A stretch of 64,000 bases of DNA from a virus (taxonomy: Duplodnaviria; Caudoviricetes), in the IMG/VR virus record IMGVR_UViG_3300028283_000231, one strand, 5' to 3'. Under the pieces are notes generated by a model, which searched no databases, was not told where the DNA came from, and worked only from the letters and a program-made list of their open reading frames with translations. The position numbers were made by a program, and so were the translations under genes. Below, in pieces: positions 32,313-42,754 of the stretch (its first letter is position 1; each line of letters starts with the position of its first letter).

Positions 32313-33482
32313 ATGTTATTAGAAATAGCTAGGAAGTACAATGTAGATAAAGCCGAATTAGGACAATCGGGAGGGCATAATTATATCCCCTTCTACGAAC
32401 AAATTTTAAGAGATAAGAAAGAATCAGCTAAAAATGTATTAGAAATAGGTGTGGCTGGAGGAGCATCATTGAAAATGTGGAGAGACTATTTTGAAAATGC
32501 CACTATATATGGATGGGACATTTTAGACACATCACATTTAAACGAAGACAGAATAAAAACTTTTATTATCGATCAATCCAATATAAATAGTATAAATAAT
32601 TTTTTCTTTAAAAATGATATAACATTTGATTATATTATAGATGATGGTAGTCATATGCTTAAAGATCAAATGATTAGTTTATTCGAATTATTTCCAAAAT
32701 TAACGAAAGGTGGGATTTATATCATAGAGGATTTGTGGCATCATAATATAGATAGTTTTTTAAAATTGGGCAAAAAGGATGAATATATTGAATTAATTGA
32801 TCCTGTTATTAAAAGTTTTGCGACAGAGGATAAAATAAAATTTTTACTGGATAATCTTATTTGTTGCCAAAAAAATAACGTCATTTTTTCTTCAGCTATA
32901 GATAAAACAGATCATCATTTTTATACTTTCTATAAAAAAATAATATGTAATGTGGGTCTAAGATATAATATTTTTAATAAATATTTAAACGAATATTTCG
33001 TTGAAACTGGTAGTTTTAATGGTGGTGGGATATCGTGGGCTTTAGATTCTGGGTTTAAAAATGTGGTATCAATAGAACTATCTGAATTATATTATAATAA
33101 ATGCAAAGAATTATATAAAACTAAAGATAACGTTTTTTTATATTTGGGTGATAGTAGTATAATTTTAGGTGATATTATAAGGAGTATAAATACTCCAATG
33201 ACTTTCTGGTTAGATGGGCATTATTCTGGTGGTGATACAGCGATAGGTAAATATAATAGTCCATTAATGCAAGAGCTGGATATAATAAAAGATCATCCTA
33301 TAAAGACTCATACAATATTGATAGATGATATGAGGTGTTGGAATGACTTACATGAATTCAATAAAAATGATATTCTCAATAAATTAGAAGAGATCAATAA
33401 AGATTATGAAATAACTTACGAAGACGGATTTATAGATAAAGACATTTTAGTGGCAAAAATAAATAATAAAAATGTTTTATAG
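32313..33482 (+). CDS. Tandem two-domain SAM methyltransferase-like protein
   Basis: LEIGV..G.S, IIDDGSH, YIIED; second domain VETGS..G, FWLDGH.SGG, ILIDD. Confidence 0.78.
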   Translation: MLLEIARKYNVDKAELGQSGGHNYIPFYEQILRDKKESAKNVLEIGVAGGASLKMWRDYFENATIYGWDILDTSHLNEDRIKTFIIDQSNINSINNFFFKNDITFDYIIDDGSHMLKDQMISLFELFPKLTKGGIYIIEDLWHHNIDSFLKLGKKDEYIELIDPVIKSFATEDKIKFLLDNLICCQKNNVIFSSAIDKTDHHFYTFYKKIICNVGLRYNIFNKYLNEYFVETGSFNGGGISWALDSGFKNVVSIELSELYYNKCKELYKTKDNVFLYLGDSSIILGDIIRSINTPMTFWLDGHYSGGDTAIGKYNSPLMQELDIIKDHPIKTHTILIDDMRCWNDLHEFNKNDILNKLEEINKDYEITYEDGFIDKDILVAKINNKNVL

Positions 33483-34077
33483 TCAACAAAAAGAAGATGA
33501 GATACTTTATAATAAGTATTTAAATTATAAAAATGGATTTTTTATTGAAATTGGGGCGATGAATGGTATAGACTATTCAAATACAAAATTTTTCGAAGAC
33601 AATCTTGTTTGGAATGGTATTTTAATTGAACCAACTAGTCAATTTATCGAATTGGAAAAGAATAGACCAAAGTGTTTAAATTTCAATCTTGCCATTTCTG
33701 AAAAAATTGGTGAAATTGAATTTATAGGGAAAGGAGCCCTTAGTGGATGTAAAGAAAGTATGAGTGATTCGTATAAAAAATTATGGGGAATAGATGAAAA
33801 ACTATCATATAAAGTAAAATCTGTCCCTTTCCATGTTCTGACAAGTAAAATAGATATAAAAAAAGTAGATCTATTTTCAATTGATGTAGAAGGCGGAGAG
33901 ATAGAAGTTTTAAATACATTTGATTGGAGAATACCAGTTTATATTATTCTTATTGAACTAGATACACACAATCCAGATAAAGATGAAAAATGTAGAGAAA
34001 TTTTAAGAAAAAGGGGATTTGAATTCAAATTGAGAATAGGGTCTAATGATGTTTGGATAAATAGAGAGAATATATGA
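33472..34077 (+). CDS. FkbM-family methyltransferase
   Basis: FYSQ..ED, FFIEIGA..G, GILIEP, SIDVEGGE. Confidence 0.88.
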   Translation: MFYSQQKEDEILYNKYLNYKNGFFIEIGAMNGIDYSNTKFFEDNLVWNGILIEPTSQFIELEKNRPKCLNFNLAISEKIGEIEFIGKGALSGCKESMSDSYKKLWGIDEKLSYKVKSVPFHVLTSKIDIKKVDLFSIDVEGGEIEVLNTFDWRIPVYIILIELDTHNPDKDEKCREILRKRGFEFKLRIGSNDVWINRENI

Positions 34078-34946
34078 AAATAATTTACGTTATATTATTG
34101 GATGAAAGTGAAAGGCATCATTGTTATTTACCAGATGTTTTAAAAACTTGGATAGTGCCATCTATTAATCAGTGCCATAGATTAAATCCAGATTGTGAAA
34201 TAGTTGTCATAACTGATACTAAAATATTCGAAAATGAATTACCGTTTGTTAAATTTTTTGAAATTGAAGATTATGTGGATGATGATATTATGTGGTTCAA
34301 AAATAATTATATTCATTTGAGCACAAATCAATATCAATTTGAAAAAAATGCCATCCTTAGATTTTTATATCTTAAAAATTTCTGTGTTAAACATAAAATA
34401 GATCATTTTCTTCATTTGGAACCAGATGTATTAGTTTTTAGTGACATTTTGGAAGATATGATTTTTTTTAAAAATTATAATATTACATTGATACATCATA
34501 TAGGCGCTGGTGTTTGTTTCTTTAATAACGCTACAAATGTTTTACTCGAATTTTTTACATATATAAAAAATTCATATACTATTCCACAGTTAAATCCAAG
34601 AGCCTTTGACATTAAATCTGAAAAGGAATTTTATGATCACAATATAAAAAATGAAATTGGAGCAGGTGGTGTATCTGATATGCATTTTTGGAATCTTTAT
34701 AATTCTTTACACGAAAATGAATCGTTTTGCGAAATGGATAGAAATATAGATAATATTTTTTATCACACCTTTTTAGTGGATCAAACAAAAGAACAAAATT
34801 GGTTAAAGGAAAATAATTTGAAAAAATTATTTCTTGAAGAAGACAAATGTTACGGTTTTCACGTTGATAAAAAAGTTAGAATTAAATATTTACACTGCCA
34901 CGGAAATAACAAATTGTTGATACCAAAAATAATAAACAATGAATGA
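34074..34946 (+). CDS. Putative GT-A fold glycosyltransferase
   Basis: RFLYL, HLEPDV.VF, SDM. Confidence 0.55.
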   Translation: MKIIYVILLDESERHHCYLPDVLKTWIVPSINQCHRLNPDCEIVVITDTKIFENELPFVKFFEIEDYVDDDIMWFKNNYIHLSTNQYQFEKNAILRFLYLKNFCVKHKIDHFLHLEPDVLVFSDILEDMIFFKNYNITLIHHIGAGVCFFNNATNVLLEFFTYIKNSYTIPQLNPRAFDIKSEKEFYDHNIKNEIGAGGVSDMHFWNLYNSLHENESFCEMDRNIDNIFYHTFLVDQTKEQNWLKENNLKKLFLEEDKCYGFHVDKKVRIKYLHCHGNNKLLIPKIINNE

Positions 34947-35860
34947 TATACAATTTAAAAAATGTTTACCTAAGTAGAAATGGATCTATATTAGATGAAG
35001 ATTTCAATCTGATAGAAGATGCGTCAGAATTGTTCATCAAATGGGATTCTTTTGGTTATGAAAATAATATACCACTTAAAGATTATACTGAAAATAAAAT
35101 AAAGAGCGGTAACTTAAAAAAATTAGATAATAAACAATATATTTATGCTTATCCGTATCATAACATATACGTATATGGCCATTTATGGGATTCTTTTAGA
35201 CAAATAAAAGAGATTGAGGAAAATAATATAAAAGGTAGTCTTTTATTGGGGATTGAATCGCGACATATAACTAATCTATATCATCATCTGGATATATTCG
35301 GATATGATAGGTCGAAGACCTTAAGTTGTGATTGTATGAATTATGTTTATTTTGTTCCAAATTTAATAGTGCCTGTTGATGGAGTCTACATGTCAAGATT
35401 GAATAAAGACGAATTTGAATGGCTAAGAAATAGATATTTTTATAAAAATAAATTAATGAATGTATCAAAGATTAACAACGATGATAAATTTAAATTGTAT
35501 TTATCAAGAGGATCTTCAAATTCAGATTATAGAAGTGTTATAAATGATAATGAGGTGTCTGACTTTTTATTAAAGAATGGATATATAAAAATAACAGGGA
35601 ACGAATCTTTAGAAGAACATATATACTATTTTTCTAATGCCACACATATCATTGGCTATCACGGTGCAATATTTAAAAATTGTATATTTTGCTGTAAACA
35701 ACCAATAATACATGAATTCTGTTCAAAAAATTGTGAAAAATGTTTTTTAAATGTTAGTGATACATGTGAAATAACAAAAAATCATCAGCAGATCAAAATA
35801 GATTCCGATGATAGATATAATACTACAATAGATATTGAAATAATAAAAAATATAATATGA
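34943..35860 (+). CDS. GT61/DUF563 glycosyltransferase
   Basis: YGH.WD, LYLSR...R.V.N, YFSNA..IIG.HGA...N. Confidence 0.75.
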   Translation: MIYNLKNVYLSRNGSILDEDFNLIEDASELFIKWDSFGYENNIPLKDYTENKIKSGNLKKLDNKQYIYAYPYHNIYVYGHLWDSFRQIKEIEENNIKGSLLLGIESRHITNLYHHLDIFGYDRSKTLSCDCMNYVYFVPNLIVPVDGVYMSRLNKDEFEWLRNRYFYKNKLMNVSKINNDDKFKLYLSRGSSNSDYRSVINDNEVSDFLLKNGYIKITGNESLEEHIYYFSNATHIIGYHGAIFKNCIFCCKQPIIHEFCSKNCEKCFLNVSDTCEITKNHQQIKIDSDDRYNTTIDIEIIKNII

Positions 35861-36627
35861 AAAAAATATCATTTATTCCAAATATGGGCGCCAGATTTGG
35901 TCATCAGTTCGTAGAATGGTTATATGGATATATCTATTGTAGAAATAATAATTATATATTCTATCATCATGAATTTATCGGTAAATCTCCAAAATTTGAT
36001 AATTTTTTAAATTTATCTCACGGTGAGAGAAATTTTAATTCCTACGGTGAAAAAATCATAACAATGAAAGATATGTCAATAGAGGAATATTTGTCTTCAA
36101 ATTGCATGGAACTATATCTTTATGATTATTATAATGATGATTCAAGAGTTTATGCTACAAACGATATGATGATAGAAGATGATATTAGAAATATATTAAG
36201 AAATAAATATTTCTCAAATCATAATAAAATTAATTATGATAATACTATATCAGTGCATATTAGAAGAGATGACGTTTTTAAAGATAGTCCTTATTGGGCC
36301 AGTAGATATATACCAATAGAATATTTTATTAATATTCTAAACGACTTGCATGATGAGTATCCATCATTTGATGTGAGAATTTTTTCGAGTAATGTAGACG
36401 AATCTTTTAAAGATATAAAAAATATTAAATATGAAAATATATATTATCACATAGATGACAGTATAGAGAACACATTAAATTATTTGATAAAATCTAAAAT
36501 ATTAATAACCAGTAACAGCGGTATATCTTTTATACCAACTTTATTATCGAAAGTGGATAACATTAAAATATGTCAGGATAATTTCTGGCTTAAATGGCCA
36601 AAAGAATGCATTATAAAAAATACTTAA
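35857..36627 (+). CDS. GT11-like (alpha-1,2-fucosyltransferase-like) protein
   Basis: FGHQ, ISVHIRRDD, IFS, LITSNSG.S. Confidence 0.72.
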   Translation: MKKISFIPNMGARFGHQFVEWLYGYIYCRNNNYIFYHHEFIGKSPKFDNFLNLSHGERNFNSYGEKIITMKDMSIEEYLSSNCMELYLYDYYNDDSRVYATNDMMIEDDIRNILRNKYFSNHNKINYDNTISVHIRRDDVFKDSPYWASRYIPIEYFINILNDLHDEYPSFDVRIFSSNVDESFKDIKNIKYENIYYHIDDSIENTLNYLIKSKILITSNSGISFIPTLLSKVDNIKICQDNFWLKWPKECIIKNT

Positions 36628-36632
36628 ATTGA

Positions 36633-39600
36633 ATGAAAAAATTACAAAGGAAAATAATAGATGATACTGAACATCTTAGACCATTACCAAAATATCCTAC
36701 TTATCCACCATATCATGTTGGATATTACATAGAAGATTATTTTTTCAACTATTATTTGAAAAATAATGTGGAGACAGATAGAATTTATCTACCAATTTTC
36801 TGGACCAGTTGTTATAACAATACTTGGTATGATAATAATATAGTTATGCCAGATATACAATCTTTTTTAAATACGCTAGATCCAAATTTAAAATATTTTA
36901 CTGTTTGTCAACACGAACGCGCGCCTCAAGAAAAATTACCAAATAACACTTTAATTTTTTCTTCCAGTGGTAAAATTCACGCTGATAATAAAAGTAATAA
37001 TCATGTTCCTATTCCACTTGTTTGTTCACCTATAAAAAACATAAAATTGAACAAAAAAAGAGATATTTTTTGTTCTTTTATTGGGGCAAATACACATAAG
37101 ATAAGAAAGGATATGTTCAACGCATTAAAAAGTGAAGACAGATATTATCTATCTTTAAATGAATGGAATATTGACACACCAAAACCAAAAGAAGATGAAT
37201 TCAAAAATATTACAGAGAGATCTGTTTTCGCCTTATCACCAAGAGGAGATGGACCTACTAGTTTCAGAACTTATGAGGCTATGCAGTTAGGAGCAATACC
37301 CGTTTATATTTATGATTATAAATGGATACCATATGAAAATAAAATAAATTGGAATGATTTATGTATTTTTATACATGAAAACGAAATACCTCATTTGAAA
37401 GATATTTTAGAACATATACCCGAAGATAAAATAGAAAAAATGAGATTAGAAATTAAAAGGGTATATAACGATTTTTTCACATTGCAATCAGTGTCTAAAA
37501 ATATAATATCACATTTAAAGGAAGAAAAAATGAGATTGATCACATTTTATACAGAATCACATAAAGAACTCATAGAAAATTATTTTTTACCAACGATTGA
37601 AAAATTCAACGAATTTGATGTTAAAATAGAAAATTTCGATCAGAACTGTGAAGGTTATTACAGATGTGATGGTTGGGGTGATGCCATGTTAAATAAAGTA
37701 AATCTAATTATTAGAACTATAAAAGAAACATGGGGAGATTATTTTGTTTATTCTGATTGTGATATTATGTTTTTTGATAAAATAAAAGATCAATTATTGA
37801 AATCAATAAGAAATCATGATATATCATTTCAACACGATGGTAATAGTGTGTGTGCTGGATTTTTTATATGTAAATCAAATGAAAACACTTTAAAATTGTG
37901 GGAAACTGTGAAAGAAAATACATATAAATTTAATGACGATCAATTAACTTTAAATCAATATCTTGATATTATAAATTATAATAGACTACCAATATCGTTT
38001 TTTACTATTGGTAATGTTAACGGATTTAAGAGATGGGATGGAGAGAAAAGTTACTCCATACCAAAAAATATAGTTATGTTTCATGCCAATTGGACGATTG
38101 GAGTTAATAGAAAAATTGAACTTTTTAATTATATCATAGACAATATGAAACATAAAATTGATCTTTCGGACATGAAGATTGAATATTTCAATAAAAAAAC
38201 AGTACACAATTTTAATAATGGGAAAGTACTTATTGGCGATTTGGTTGATGGAAATATCACTAATCCAATATATTTGAACATTAATATAATTAGTGATATT
38301 GTTTTTAATGAGAAAGGTATTAATGTATTTTATAATTACTACGATGTAAAAAACAAAGATAGGAAAAAAGAGTTAAAATATTGTTTGGATATGTTATTAT
38401 CAAATAAAAAAATAAGTAACCTTTATATACTATGTAGTAATAAATTAGACATTGAACAAAATAACGTGACAAAAATAGATTTCAATTTTGAGCAACCATC
38501 GTTTAAAGATTATTTTAATATTATCAATTTTTATTCAAGTGATGAGAGTATTAATATTCTTTTGAATTCTGACTGTTTTGTTGATGAAAAGAATATAGAT
38601 TTAATATCAAAAAATATAAAAGAAAATGAAGTTTATTGTTTATCCAGATGGGATATAGTTTCGAATAAAGATTTTAAAAGTACTCATTATGATATAGAGT
38701 GTAGTCAAGACGCTTGGATTAAAATAGGTAAATTTTCTAATCGTATAGAGGGTAATTATAAAATGGGTGTACCAGGTTGTGATAACGCGATTGCCTACGA
38801 ATTTCAAAAAATTGGATATAAAATATCTAATCCTTCCAAAGATATTAAAATATACCATTACCATTTATCTGATGTTAGAACATATGGAGTATCACATGAT
38901 GATAAAGAAAGTCATAGAATTCGAAGACCTTATGTATTCGTTCAAAGTTCGAAACTCGATGAAAATACAATAACAAAAAAAATAATATCTGATGATGTAA
39001 CTGAGAAAAAAGAAAATTTCAACTCATCTACTTTGAATAAATTCGTTGATAATGTTTATCTTATAAATCTTAAAAGAAGAGATGATAGATTAAACCATAT
39101 GATAAATGAATTTGATAAAATAAATGTTTCTTTTAAAAGGTTCAACGCAATAGATGGTAAAATTATGGGTGATGGTCTTAAATCTTCTCAAGTGGCATGT
39201 TTAAGAAGTCATGTTGGAGTTATTAGAGACGCTTTAAGGATGGGATATAATAGGTTTGTTATTTTTGAAGATGACGTCATATTTTGTGACGATTTTGAAA
39301 AAAGGTTCAAGTATTATTCTGAGAATGTGCCAGACGATTGGGATATAATGTATCTTGGATGTAATTTACATAGTTCCAGCAATCCAAAATTCATTAAAAA
39401 TTTTATCTATAAAGTAGAAGAATGTTACGGGTGCTTTGCTATGATTTTAAATAATAAAAATGGATTGTTTGAAAAAATTATAGAAATAACTAAAGACGAA
39501 GAAAAACCAATAGATAATTATTATCACGAACAAATATTGAAAGAATTTAAAGCTTACGTATTTGCCCCATTTTTCGTTAAGACATTAAATACTATATCTG

Positions 39601-39935
39601 ATATAAGTGATAATAAAAACAAATTTTCTTACGAAGAGGTGGATAAATATTTTAAGAATGAAGTCGATCTTACTATATTTTCGAAAATACCTATTTTCCC
39701 TAAAACGTTTCCAACTCCACCTCCTCCTAAACCGCAAATAGACTATGTTAAAAGTAATCAAGATATATGTGAAGATTTTGTAAAAGGTAATTTACCTTTC
39801 CAAATATTCCATAATAATAGATTGATATTTGATAGTGATTCATCAGATAAAATGAACTTGAGATTCTTTAGAGATAGTTTTACACTATACGGAAGACAAT
39901 TTAACTACCAAGGCATGTTAATAAAAAGAAAATAA
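36633..39935 (+). CDS. Multidomain glycosyltransferase (exostosin/GT47-like, nucleotide-diphospho-sugar transferase, unknown domain, GT25-like)
   Basis: FALSPRGDGPTSFRTYEAMQLGAIPV; YSDCDI, CAGF, DDQ, FHANW; YLINLKRRDDR, IFEDDV. Confidence 0.82.
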   Translation: MKKLQRKIIDDTEHLRPLPKYPTYPPYHVGYYIEDYFFNYYLKNNVETDRIYLPIFWTSCYNNTWYDNNIVMPDIQSFLNTLDPNLKYFTVCQHERAPQEKLPNNTLIFSSSGKIHADNKSNNHVPIPLVCSPIKNIKLNKKRDIFCSFIGANTHKIRKDMFNALKSEDRYYLSLNEWNIDTPKPKEDEFKNITERSVFALSPRGDGPTSFRTYEAMQLGAIPVYIYDYKWIPYENKINWNDLCIFIHENEIPHLKDILEHIPEDKIEKMRLEIKRVYNDFFTLQSVSKNIISHLKEEKMRLITFYTESHKELIENYFLPTIEKFNEFDVKIENFDQNCEGYYRCDGWGDAMLNKVNLIIRTIKETWGDYFVYSDCDIMFFDKIKDQLLKSIRNHDISFQHDGNSVCAGFFICKSNENTLKLWETVKENTYKFNDDQLTLNQYLDIINYNRLPISFFTIGNVNGFKRWDGEKSYSIPKNIVMFHANWTIGVNRKIELFNYIIDNMKHKIDLSDMKIEYFNKKTVHNFNNGKVLIGDLVDGNITNPIYLNINIISDIVFNEKGINVFYNYYDVKNKDRKKELKYCLDMLLSNKKISNLYILCSNKLDIEQNNVTKIDFNFEQPSFKDYFNIINFYSSDESINILLNSDCFVDEKNIDLISKNIKENEVYCLSRWDIVSNKDFKSTHYDIECSQDAWIKIGKFSNRIEGNYKMGVPGCDNAIAYEFQKIGYKISNPSKDIKIYHYHLSDVRTYGVSHDDKESHRIRRPYVFVQSSKLDENTITKKIISDDVTEKKENFNSSTLNKFVDNVYLINLKRRDDRLNHMINEFDKINVSFKRFNAIDGKIMGDGLKSSQVACLRSHVGVIRDALRMGYNRFVIFEDDVIFCDDFEKRFKYYSENVPDDWDIMYLGCNLHSSSNPKFIKNFIYKVEECYGCFAMILNNKNGLFEKIIEITKDEEKPIDNYYHEQILKEFKAYVFAPFFVKTLNTISDISDNKNKFSYEEVDKYFKNEVDLTIFSKIPIFPKTFPTPPPPKPQIDYVKSNQDICEDFVKGNLPFQIFHNNRLIFDSDSSDKMNLRFFRDSFTLYGRQFNYQGMLIKRK

Positions 39936-39939
39936 AATT

Positions 39940-40608
39940 ATGTTAAGTATAGTTACAGGTACATTAGATAGACTTGATTTACTCAAAGAAGTCATAAAGA
40001 ATACAGTAGATAGATCTGATAAAATAGAACTAGTTCTATTAGACGGTGGTTCAACTGACGGTACAATAGAATATGTTAAAAGTCTAGACAACGAAAGAAT
40101 AAATTTAATTGAAATAGGTGGAAGATCTACTTACCCGAGTTTTATGAACACTGGTATAAGAGCAGCAAAGTACGAATGGATAGTCCAATGGAACGATGAT
40201 GTACTTCTGATAAACGAATGGGACGATGTTATTAATATGTTAAACGACGGCAACGATGTTTATATATTCGACTGGAACAGAGGTACACTAGAAGAATACA
40301 CCAATAAAACGCATGAAAACCAATGGATATGTTTTCACGACTGTATGAATTTTGGTATTTACAGGAAAGAAATATTCAGAAAAATAGGTATGTATGATAG
40401 CCAATTTAAATATTACGAATGTGATCACGATATGGCAACACGTTGTTTATCATTTGGTTATAAAGTAGTTAACGCTCATAATATAAAGGTTATGGAAGTT
40501 AGAACAGAGAAAAGATGTATAGAATACGGTGGTGATAGATCTATATGGTTCAAGAATAGAGAGTTATATCACGCTGGTATAATACCAAATACAATTGAGA
40601 AATTATGA
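39940..40608 (+). CDS. GT2-family glycosyltransferase
   Basis: LLDGGSTDGT, MNTGI..AK, WNDD, DHD...R. Confidence 0.85.
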   Translation: MLSIVTGTLDRLDLLKEVIKNTVDRSDKIELVLLDGGSTDGTIEYVKSLDNERINLIEIGGRSTYPSFMNTGIRAAKYEWIVQWNDDVLLINEWDDVINMLNDGNDVYIFDWNRGTLEEYTNKTHENQWICFHDCMNFGIYRKEIFRKIGMYDSQFKYYECDHDMATRCLSFGYKVVNAHNIKVMEVRTEKRCIEYGGDRSIWFKNRELYHAGIIPNTIEKL

Positions 40609-41285
40609 AGAAGGTTATAAGTTTTAGTATATATGGATCAGATCCTAAATACACAATTGGGTTATTAAGGAATTTAGAATTATCCAGTAAGATATATCCT
40701 GGTTGGGTAGTTTACGTTTATTATAATAGTACTGTTTCAGATTTTATGATTGAAGAATATAAGAAATTTAATAACGTTGAGTTAATAAATATGGACGGGA
40801 ATGATTTACCTGGAATGTTTTGGAGATTCACACCAAAGGAGGGAGTAGAGAGATTCATAAGTAGAGATGTTGATAGTAGATTATCTATAAGGGAAAAATT
40901 AGCTGTTGATGATTGGATAATTTCAAATAAAACTTTACATATTTTGAGAGATCACCCTCATCACGAACACGAGGTAAATGGAGGTATGTTTGGACTTGTT
41001 ATAAATGAAAAATTTGATATGTTGAGTGAAATCAATAAATGGTTAGAAGGTAAGCATTTAGATTTATTTAATAAATTTGGAGATCTAGATTTTTTAGATA
41101 ATGTTATGTTTGTTGAATTAAAAGACGACTTAATAGCTCACGATTCCGTGTGGAGAAGTAGAGTTGGTTCTGTTCCTTTTCCAACACCTATGGAAGATTA
41201 TAAATTTGTTGGTGAAATTTACGACGAGAACGAAAACAGGTATCATCAATATCAAGAATGGGTAAATAGAAAGGAAGTTAGATGA
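40605..41285 (+). CDS. Putative glycosyltransferase-like protein
   Basis: ISFSIYG...Y..G, MFWRF, SRDVDSR, RDHP.H...GGMFG, DLDFL. Confidence 0.55.
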   Translation: MKKVISFSIYGSDPKYTIGLLRNLELSSKIYPGWVVYVYYNSTVSDFMIEEYKKFNNVELINMDGNDLPGMFWRFTPKEGVERFISRDVDSRLSIREKLAVDDWIISNKTLHILRDHPHHEHEVNGGMFGLVINEKFDMLSEINKWLEGKHLDLFNKFGDLDFLDNVMFVELKDDLIAHDSVWRSRVGSVPFPTPMEDYKFVGEIYDENENRYHQYQEWVNRKEVR

Positions 41286-42754
41286 AAGATAATATAGCGA
41301 TTGGCATAATGACTTCTATAAATCTTAAACAACGTTTTATGGCTTGTAAAAACACTTGGACCAAAGATTTCGATAACGTTTTCTTTTTTGGTGGAGATAA
41401 ACAAGACGATAATCTAATAAGATTGGAAGGAATAGGAGAAGATTATAGTAGTGCCTTTATGAAACAACAATTAGGCATGAAACGTATGTTCGAAGCTAGT
41501 CCGGAATTTGATTGGTACTGTATGATAGGTTGTGATCATATAATATTCAAAGATAGTCTTTTAGAGTCCTTGAAAAATTTTGATAGAAATGAAGATATAA
41601 TAATAAGTCAAGTGCGTGATAAAATCATCATAGATAATATTGAGACTGTAATATTTTCAGGAGGAGCTAGCTTTTTCATGAGTAATTCTTTAATGAAAAA
41701 AATATATCCAAAAATAGATGAGTTTAATGTTCATTGGGGGAATATAACTAACCCTACAACTTATTTTTCAAATGTTTCTTACGACTGGGCTGATATAGCT
41801 ATAGCCTATATAGTGAAAAAATATACTAATATAGACGCTACTAATGTGTTAGGTATGTATTCACAAAATCCGTCATTCTACGATGAGTATAACATTCAAG
41901 AAGGTATAAAATACGGAGGGTTAAAACAAGATAATGTTAGTCATCTTAAAAATCCAATTTCATTTCATTATATAAGACCAGATGAAATGAAATCAGTTTA
42001 CGAAAAATTTAGAAAGAAAAAGTACTTATTTTATCACATATATCTCTACGATAAAATAAACGATATAGTGGGTGATCAATTAAAGAAATTAAAAAATAGT
42101 GGATTATTAGATATATCTGAATTGCATGTTACTATAATGGATAATTATGATGGATCTTATAAAATAGATGACGCTAATATGGAAATTATAAATAAATACG
42201 CTACGGAAATATATTACGATAATAGTAACACTTTTGAATTATTCACTCTTCAAAAACTTCATCAACACGCTTTAACACACTGCGGTAATTATCTTTATTT
42301 TCACACAAAGGGATGTACAAGAGTTAACGACACTAATGTTGAAAATTTCGCCTTTGGTCCTTATGTTGGTAATTATTCTTACAAGAACGTAGAAAATTGG
42401 AGAAATATAATGGAACATTTTACAATAGAACATTGGTTGGAATGTGTGGAGTATCTTAATAATGGTAGTGATTTAGCTGGTTGTAATTATAACAGTAAAT
42501 GGAGTCCTCAACATTACTCTGGTAATTTTTGGTGGGCAAGTTCAGATTTTTTAAAAAAATTACCAGATCCTTTTTCTTTTGGAGTAGATAGAATGAACGC
42601 TGAAATGTGGATAGGTAGAATTAAACATAAAGCTACATGTTTATATCCCTTACCAATTAAAGAAGATGAACATAATAGATTTGTTGTATATACCGACCCA
42701 GAAGATTACTTAAACAAGATCGATATAAAAGAATATTATAATTATGATAAATAA
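41282..42754 (+). CDS. Fringe/GT31-like domain fused to an H.KG...GNFWW domain
   Basis: TW, DWYCMIGCD, FSGGA, D.AI, FHY; YFHTKG...WR..M...HYSGNFWWASS. Confidence 0.65.
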   Translation: MKDNIAIGIMTSINLKQRFMACKNTWTKDFDNVFFFGGDKQDDNLIRLEGIGEDYSSAFMKQQLGMKRMFEASPEFDWYCMIGCDHIIFKDSLLESLKNFDRNEDIIISQVRDKIIIDNIETVIFSGGASFFMSNSLMKKIYPKIDEFNVHWGNITNPTTYFSNVSYDWADIAIAYIVKKYTNIDATNVLGMYSQNPSFYDEYNIQEGIKYGGLKQDNVSHLKNPISFHYIRPDEMKSVYEKFRKKKYLFYHIYLYDKINDIVGDQLKKLKNSGLLDISELHVTIMDNYDGSYKIDDANMEIINKYATEIYYDNSNTFELFTLQKLHQHALTHCGNYLYFHTKGCTRVNDTNVENFAFGPYVGNYSYKNVENWRNIMEHFTIEHWLECVEYLNNGSDLAGCNYNSKWSPQHYSGNFWWASSDFLKKLPDPFSFGVDRMNAEMWIGRIKHKATCLYPLPIKEDEHNRFVVYTDPEDYLNKIDIKEYYNYDK

